Source of the DNA: Candidatus Latescibacterota bacterium
GTDB taxonomy: Bacteria > Latescibacterota > UBA2968 > GCA-2709665
DNA length: 64,000 bases
Reading direction: 5' to 3'
NCBI GenBank assembly: GCA_965219995.1
Contig: CBDCOX010000002.1
Coordinates: forward strand, 2,816,001-2,880,000
The position numbers and the translations under genes are program-made. Positions 58,641-64,000 of the stretch are shown piece after piece (the stretch's first letter is position 1; each line of letters begins with the position of its first letter). The notes beneath the pieces were generated by a model. That model was not told where the DNA came from, ran no database searches, and saw only the letters and a program-made list of their open reading frames with translations.

Positions 58641-58665
58641 TCCGCGGCCAGGGAGAGCACACCGA

Positions 58666-59733
58666 ATGGCGAGTACAGACGCAAACAGCAGGCTCCGCAT
58701 CGCCTTCATCGGCGCAGGAGGCATCGCGGGCACCCACATGCGCTGTTTCAAGGAGATGAACGACGTCGAAATGGTCGCCATGGCGGACATCTCGGAGGCG
58801 GCGCTCGAAACCCGTTCCGAGGAATACGACATTGCGAATTGCTTTTCGGACTACGAGACGATGCTGGGCAGCGTCAGGCCCGATGCCGTCAGCGTCTGCA
58901 CGCCGAACGGTCTCCACGCGCCCGCCGCTATTGCCGCGCTTTCCGCGGGCGCCCACGTCATTGTCGAAAAACCCCTGGCCATGAACGCCCGCGAAGGGCA
59001 AGCCATGCTCGACGCGGCGAGAGAGCACGGCCGCAAGCTCGTCATCGGCTTCCAGCAGCGCTTCGACCCGAGAACCCAATTCATCAGGAAGGCCGTCGAC
59101 AGCGGCCGGTTGGGGAGGATCCTGTTCGCCCGTCTACAGGCCCTGCGCAGGCGCGGCATTCCCAACTGGGGGGTTTTCGGCCGGAAAGAGCTCCAGGGAG
59201 GCGGCCCGCTCGTGGACATCGGCGTACACGTGCTGGAAGCCGTCCACTACCTTATGGGCTCACCCAAACCCGTCGCGGCCGGTGGAAACGTCTTTACGTA
59301 CCTGGGCGACAGAAAATCGGAAGCGGCCTGCAGGTGGCAGGACTGGGACTATGAGAACCACACCGTTGAAGATCTTGCGGTGGGCCAGATCCGTTTTGAA
59401 GACGGCGCCGTCATTCACATCGAGTCCAGTTTTGCCGCCCACGTCCCGTCCGACGTATGGAATTTTCAGCTCATGGGCGAAAAAGGCGGCGCCACCTGGG
59501 ACCCTCTCTCGATCGCACGGGATGACAACGGATACATGGTCAATACCGAACCCGGTTGGCTGCCCGAATCCGGTTTCGGATCCGCTTTCGGGGCGAAATT
59601 GCGCAATTTCGTCGACCACGTCCTCTACGACAGACCCACGCTGGCGCCGGCCGAGCATGGGCTGATGGTGCAGAAGATGATGGATGCGATTTACCTGTCC
59701 GCTGAAGAAGGGCGGGAAGTGGAAATCGAGTAA
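58666..59733 (+). CDS. Gfo/Idh/MocA oxidoreductase
   Basis: IGAGGIA, VCTPN..H, VEKPLA, RRRGIP.WG.F and GGPLVDIGVH. Confidence 0.92.
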   Translation: MASTDANSRLRIAFIGAGGIAGTHMRCFKEMNDVEMVAMADISEAALETRSEEYDIANCFSDYETMLGSVRPDAVSVCTPNGLHAPAAIAALSAGAHVIVEKPLAMNAREGQAMLDAAREHGRKLVIGFQQRFDPRTQFIRKAVDSGRLGRILFARLQALRRRGIPNWGVFGRKELQGGGPLVDIGVHVLEAVHYLMGSPKPVAAGGNVFTYLGDRKSEAACRWQDWDYENHTVEDLAVGQIRFEDGAVIHIESSFAAHVPSDVWNFQLMGEKGGATWDPLSIARDDNGYMVNTEPGWLPESGFGSAFGAKLRNFVDHVLYDRPTLAPAEHGLMVQKMMDAIYLSAEEGREVEIE

Positions 59734-59766
59734 ATACCAGTTTTTCCTGTCTCCCCGGGACACGGC

Positions 59767-61170
59767 ATGAATGAATCGATCGATACCGAAGCCCTCATTG
59801 CCGAATCGCGCCACCTGTGGCAGAACTATTTTCAAGGTGAGCGACCGGAAAAACAGCCAACCGCGATTACCCGCGGCGACGGCCTCTATATTTACGATGA
59901 CGAAGGGAACGAATACCTGGACACTTTCGCCTCGCTGCTCACGACCCTGTGCGGACACGGCCGTTTGGAAGTCGTCGACGCGGTCAGGAAGCAGATGGAG
60001 AAACTGGCCTATTTTCCCGGCGGCCAGGACGTCCTGATCGAACCTGCCGTCAGACTGGCTGCGAAGCTTGCCGAAATCGCACCGGGGCGGCTCTCGGTCT
60101 CATTCCTTGTCAACGACGGCTCGGAAGCCAACGAGGCGGCCATCAAACTGGCGCGCAGCTATCACTGGGCCAAAGGCGAGAAGAACCGCTACAAAGTCAT
60201 CTTTCGAAGGGGCTCATATCACGGCGCCACGCTGGGCGCGCTCTCCGCGACCGGCCTTGCAGGCACTCGTGAGCCCTATGAACCCCTGCTTCCGGGCTTC
60301 ACCCATGCCATGCCGGCGAACTGCTATCGCTGTGAACTCGGCCTGGATCCCGACACGTGCGCGCTGGCCTGCCTGAAGAATCTCGAATCGATTCTGGAAT
60401 GGGAGGGCGCCCGATCGGTCGCCGCCGTCATCATGGACCCCATCCCCGGCTCCAATACCGGCTTTCCCCTGCCCCCCGACGGGTATCTGCAGGGGGTGCG
60501 CGAACTCTGCGACAGGCATGGCGTGCTGCTCATCTTCGACGAAATCCAGACCGGCTTCGGCCGCACCGGAAAGATGTTCGCATGTGAAAACTGGGACGTT
60601 ACCCCTGATATCTTAACCGTCGCCAAGGGTTTCTCAGGGGGTTATCTGCCCATCGGCGCCGCGGTCGCGACCGAAGAGATCGCTGAAACCATTCAACAGG
60701 CCGGGACGGGATTCCGCCACATCCACACCTTTTCCGGCCATGCGGCCGCCTGCGCCGCCGCAGTCGCCCATATCGAAATCATCCAGAATGAAAACCTTGT
60801 GGCGCGCGCCGCCGACCTGGGTGTTTATCTTCAGGAAAAACTGAACGAGCTCTACCGGTATCCCGTGGTGGGAAACGTACGCGGCCTCGGCACGCTCTGG
60901 GCCGTCGAACTCGTGGGCAACCGCGAATCACGAGAGGCCCTGAATCCTTCAGGCCAGGCCGGAAGCTTTATCGCCGATTTCTGCCGGAAGGCCGGCATGA
61001 TCCTGCGCAACAACGGAGACATCCTCGTCCTGGCTCCCGCTCTCGTGATGACCGTCGAACAGGCAGACCGGATGCTCAACCTGCTGCACGACGCCATCGA
61101 TTCGGCGATGAACCATTGCGAACCGGAGAACGACGTTTATCAGTGGACCCGGGAAACGTCCGCGAACTAG
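59767..61170 (+). CDS. Class III (omega-amine) aminotransferase
   Basis: GSEANE.A.K.A, SYHG.T, LLIFDEIQTGFGRTG, VAKG.SGGY.P and HTFSGH. Confidence 0.93.
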   Translation: MNESIDTEALIAESRHLWQNYFQGERPEKQPTAITRGDGLYIYDDEGNEYLDTFASLLTTLCGHGRLEVVDAVRKQMEKLAYFPGGQDVLIEPAVRLAAKLAEIAPGRLSVSFLVNDGSEANEAAIKLARSYHWAKGEKNRYKVIFRRGSYHGATLGALSATGLAGTREPYEPLLPGFTHAMPANCYRCELGLDPDTCALACLKNLESILEWEGARSVAAVIMDPIPGSNTGFPLPPDGYLQGVRELCDRHGVLLIFDEIQTGFGRTGKMFACENWDVTPDILTVAKGFSGGYLPIGAAVATEEIAETIQQAGTGFRHIHTFSGHAAACAAAVAHIEIIQNENLVARAADLGVYLQEKLNELYRYPVVGNVRGLGTLWAVELVGNRESREALNPSGQAGSFIADFCRKAGMILRNNGDILVLAPALVMTVEQADRMLNLLHDAIDSAMNHCEPENDVYQWTRETSAN

Positions 61171-61234
61171 GTCCGGACCGCAGCCGGACGCCAGGTGACG
61201 CCGTCTCCCGCTTCTTTACCTGTGAGAAAATCCA

Positions 61235-62233
61235 ATGATGCCCGAAAAAGAAATGTGCCTCGACATGCTCCGGCGGATGTACCGCATCCGCTCTTTCGAA
61301 GCGCAGGTAAGGGACCACTACGACTACACCAGCTACCTTCGCGACAATCCCGAAGGCGAGGGGGTCATCTCCGGCGCGGCCCACCTGGCCATCGGCCAGG
61401 AAGCCGCCGAAGTCGGCGTCTGCGCCGCTCTCGAGCCGGATGACTTCGTGGCCAGCACGCACCGGGGTCACGGCCATGCCATCGCGAAAGGGGCCGACCT
61501 CAAGCCGATGATGGCGGAGTTGATGGGTCGGAAACACGGGTACAGCGGCGGATGCGGCGGCTCGATGCACATCTTCAGTTCCGAACTCGGACTGATTGGA
61601 GGCAACGGAATCGTGGGCGCTCAGATTCCCATTGCCACCGGCGCCGCTTTCTCCGCGAAGTACCGGGGCACGCGGCAGGTGGCCGTCGCATTTTTCAGCG
61701 AAGGGGCCGCGAACCAGGGCGCCTTTCACGAAGCCCTGAACATGGCCGCGCTCTGGGACCTCCCCGCCATCTACGTCTGCGAAAACAACCTCTACGCCGC
61801 CACGACGCCCGCTTCCATCACGCTTTCGCCGCCGGACGTCGCCGTCAAGGCCGCCGCGTATGACATGCCCGGTATCATCGTCGACGGTCAGAACGTCCTC
61901 GAAGTGCACCAGGTCGCTTCCGAGGCTGTCGCCAGAGCGCGCGGGGGAAACGGACCCACGCTCGTCGAATGCAAGACGTATCGCTTCGTCAGCCACGCGG
62001 GCGGCGGCAAAGGCGACCACAACAATCCCGAGGAGCTCGAGACCTGGAAACGCAAGGACCCGATCCGCATCTTCGAACGCTCGCTCTTCGAGGCCGGATT
62101 CCTGACCGACGAAGAAAGACAATCCATCGTCACCGAAGCCGCTACCGAAGCCGAAGACGCAGTCGCCTACGGCAAGCAATCGCCATATCCCGTTCCGGGA
62201 GATTTGCCTTTTGCCCCGGGAGTTGCCCTGTAA
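61235..62233 (+). CDS. TPP-dependent 2-oxoacid/acetoin dehydrogenase E1 alpha
   Basis: HLAIGQEA, STHRGHGH, GGSMH, SEGA.NQG.FHEALN.A and ENN.YA. Confidence 0.92.
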   Translation: MMPEKEMCLDMLRRMYRIRSFEAQVRDHYDYTSYLRDNPEGEGVISGAAHLAIGQEAAEVGVCAALEPDDFVASTHRGHGHAIAKGADLKPMMAELMGRKHGYSGGCGGSMHIFSSELGLIGGNGIVGAQIPIATGAAFSAKYRGTRQVAVAFFSEGAANQGAFHEALNMAALWDLPAIYVCENNLYAATTPASITLSPPDVAVKAAAYDMPGIIVDGQNVLEVHQVASEAVARARGGNGPTLVECKTYRFVSHAGGGKGDHNNPEELETWKRKDPIRIFERSLFEAGFLTDEERQSIVTEAATEAEDAVAYGKQSPYPVPGDLPFAPGVAL

Positions 62234-63195
62234 TGCCCCACGTTACGTATGCCCAGGCCATCAGCGACGCCATACGGGAAGAAATCGCCCGTGACGAGCG
62301 CGTCTTCACCATCGGCGAGGATATCGGCCCGGTACGCGATCCTCAAAGCCTCTGGGACCAGTTCCGCGAGCGCCGCACGTGGCAGACCCCCATTTCCGAA
62401 TCGGGCTTCGTGGGACTGGCGGTCGGCGCCGCCATGACCGGCCTGCGTCCGGTTGCGGTCATCATGTATTGCGATTTCGTCACCGTGTGCATGGACCCCA
62501 TTGTCAACCAGGCCGCCAAGATTCATCTGATGTCCGGCGGCAACGTCAACGTCCCGCTGGTGATCCGCACGCCGGGCGGGGCCGGCACGCGCGAGGCCGG
62601 CCATCACAGCCAGAGCCTCGAGAGCTGGTTCGTCCATACGCCCGGGCTGAAAGTGGTCATGCCCGCCACTGCCGCCGACGCCAAGGGCCTGATGAAGGCC
62701 GGCATCCGGGACGACGGCCCGGTCGTATTCATCCAGCACCGGCTGCTGGGCGATATCGAAGAAGCCGTACCGGACGGCGATCACGTCGTTCCGTTAGGCA
62801 GGGCCGACGTCAAGCGAGAGGGCGCCGACGTGACTGTCGTCGCCGTTTCCTACGCGCTGCCGAAGACGCTTCAGGCGGCTGAGTCCCTCTACCCTGAGAT
62901 CGGCGTGGAAGTGATCGATCCCCGCACGCTCGTCCCGCTCGACGTGGACACCATTCTCCGCTCGGTAAAGAAAACCGGCCGCCTGCTGGTCGTACACGAA
63001 GCGCCGGCGCGCGGCGGTGTTGGCGCCGAAATCGTCCGGCAGATTACCGAAAAAGGGTTTGAACTCCTTCGCGAACCCCCTCGCGTGCTCGGCGGCCTGA
63101 ATACGCCGATGCCCTACAGCGCCCCGCTCGAAGACGCCTGCCTGCCCCAACCCGACGACATCGCCGAAGCCATCAGAAACTGCGCCCGCGGTTAG
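62233..63195 (+). CDS. TPP-dependent dehydrogenase E1 beta
   Basis: GEDI, TPISE.GF.G...GAA..GLRP, HSQSLE, PGLKV and EVIDPRTL.PLD; TAATG overlap with the alpha gene. Confidence 0.92.
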   Translation: MPHVTYAQAISDAIREEIARDERVFTIGEDIGPVRDPQSLWDQFRERRTWQTPISESGFVGLAVGAAMTGLRPVAVIMYCDFVTVCMDPIVNQAAKIHLMSGGNVNVPLVIRTPGGAGTREAGHHSQSLESWFVHTPGLKVVMPATAADAKGLMKAGIRDDGPVVFIQHRLLGDIEEAVPDGDHVVPLGRADVKREGADVTVVAVSYALPKTLQAAESLYPEIGVEVIDPRTLVPLDVDTILRSVKKTGRLLVVHEAPARGGVGAEIVRQITEKGFELLREPPRVLGGLNTPMPYSAPLEDACLPQPDDIAEAIRNCARG

Positions 63196-63273
63196 CCTCG
63201 CCCGGCGCCGAAATGGCCGCCCCTTCCCGCCGCAACTTCCACCCGACTGTCATCAGGAAGAATCCGTTGTGAG

Positions 63274-63720
63274 GGTGGGGCAGACATTCCTGTCTGCCCG
63301 CTTCGCTCAGACTGAAAGGCTGACCAATGGCCAATGCTGTCATCCTGAGGAAGCCTGCCTGCCAGAGGTTCATTGGCGAGCTGGCTGACGAAGGATCTAC
63401 TGCGGCATCGCTTGATGCTTTAGCGTCTCTTGTCATTCGCCGTGACCTGGCGGGCGGCACGTCTGCGCCCACACGGTCAGGCCAAGGTGGCGCGAGTGTT
63501 GAAGGGATCTCGCGATACGGGCATTTCGACAAGCTCAATGACCACGTTTTGGTAGGCGATCTTAGACTCCGTTCGGAATGACATGCTGGCCGACCGGTAG
63601 AACCGTTGTAAGTGAACTCCCCGTTGCTGATAACAAGAGGCGGCGGAGTTGTTTTTGAAGGTGGGGCGGACATTCCTGTCTGCCCGCTTCGCTCAGACAG
63701 AAAGGCTGACCAATGGCCAA
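63274..63720. repeat. Cluster of REP-like repeats: two about-61-bp direct copies (63274-63334, 63660-63720) plus other palindromic units
   Basis: GGTGGGGC(A/G)GACATTCCTGTCTGCCCGCTTCGCTCAGAC(T/A)GAAAGGCTGACCAATGGCCAA twice with 2 mismatches. Between them are TGTCATCCTGAG...CGAAGGATCT, TTCGACAAGCTCA and CGTTCGGAATGACA units. Confidence 0.8.
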
Positions 63721-63835
63721 ACCTGTCATTGTAATGCCGCCTGAATCTCTTCGAATCAAAGTTGAGACTGCGGCGCCCGTCGGTCACCCCTATCGATACG
63801 CCGGCGTGAATGCCGGCATCCGTTGCACAACCGAA

Positions 63836-63971
63836 AAGGGCGATATATCGTTATGGGGGCGATATATCGCCCTTACGTTGTAACTGACTGTTTTTAATTT
63901 ATTAAAATTGACAACCGAGCCAGGCTGATTGTCACAGGGCGAAATATCGTCCGACAATTCAGCCTGGCTCG
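63836..63971. promoter_or_regulatory. Palindromic operator/enhancer-like array
   Basis: AAGGGCGATATATCG-N9-CGATATATCGCCCTT, an AT-rich spacer, then CGAGCCAGGCTGA...GGGCGAAATATCGTCC...TCAGCCTGGCTCG. Confidence 0.45.
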
Positions 63972-64000
63972 TTTTGTTATTTCGTCTTGTGATACTTCTA

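Noticed and set aside
63274-63720. Possible CRISPR array
   Set aside because: Only two 61-bp copies with a ~325-nt spacer and no cas genes; fits REP-like repeats.

Overview
GC-rich bacterial chromosome segment. Gene content (GWxTD/TPR protein, dockerin/EF-hand-tagged secreted protein, PorV/PorQ-like barrel, PASTA protein next to rpe, several Gfo/Idh/MocA enzymes) suggests an FCB-type lineage such as Latescibacterota/Gemmatimonadota; this is an inference. Layout: (1) 1-13.4 kb accessory region with sugar/acyl-modifying enzymes and a minus-strand putative metal-homeostasis operon. In that operon a His-rich SO_0444/DUF318-type permease is fused to an HflK-like SPFH domain and is followed by HflC-like and HflK-like genes, an orphan LIV-type binding protein, a small membrane protein and a ZIP transporter, under a sigma70-like promoter with an overlapping palindromic operator. 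(2) 13.4-27 kb housekeeping: tRNA-Val, rplS-trmD-rimM-rpsP-ffh, rpe, uppS-cdsA-dxr-rseP. (3) 28-43 kb dcw cluster from mraZ to ftsZ, lacking mraY, murD and ddl. (4) 43-63 kb metabolic genes. (5) A terminal cluster of REP-like repeats and a possible enhancer region. The best candidate for an undescribed system is the SPFH (HflKC-like) cage tethered to a metal permease. All calls come from motif recognition by eye; no database searches were run.
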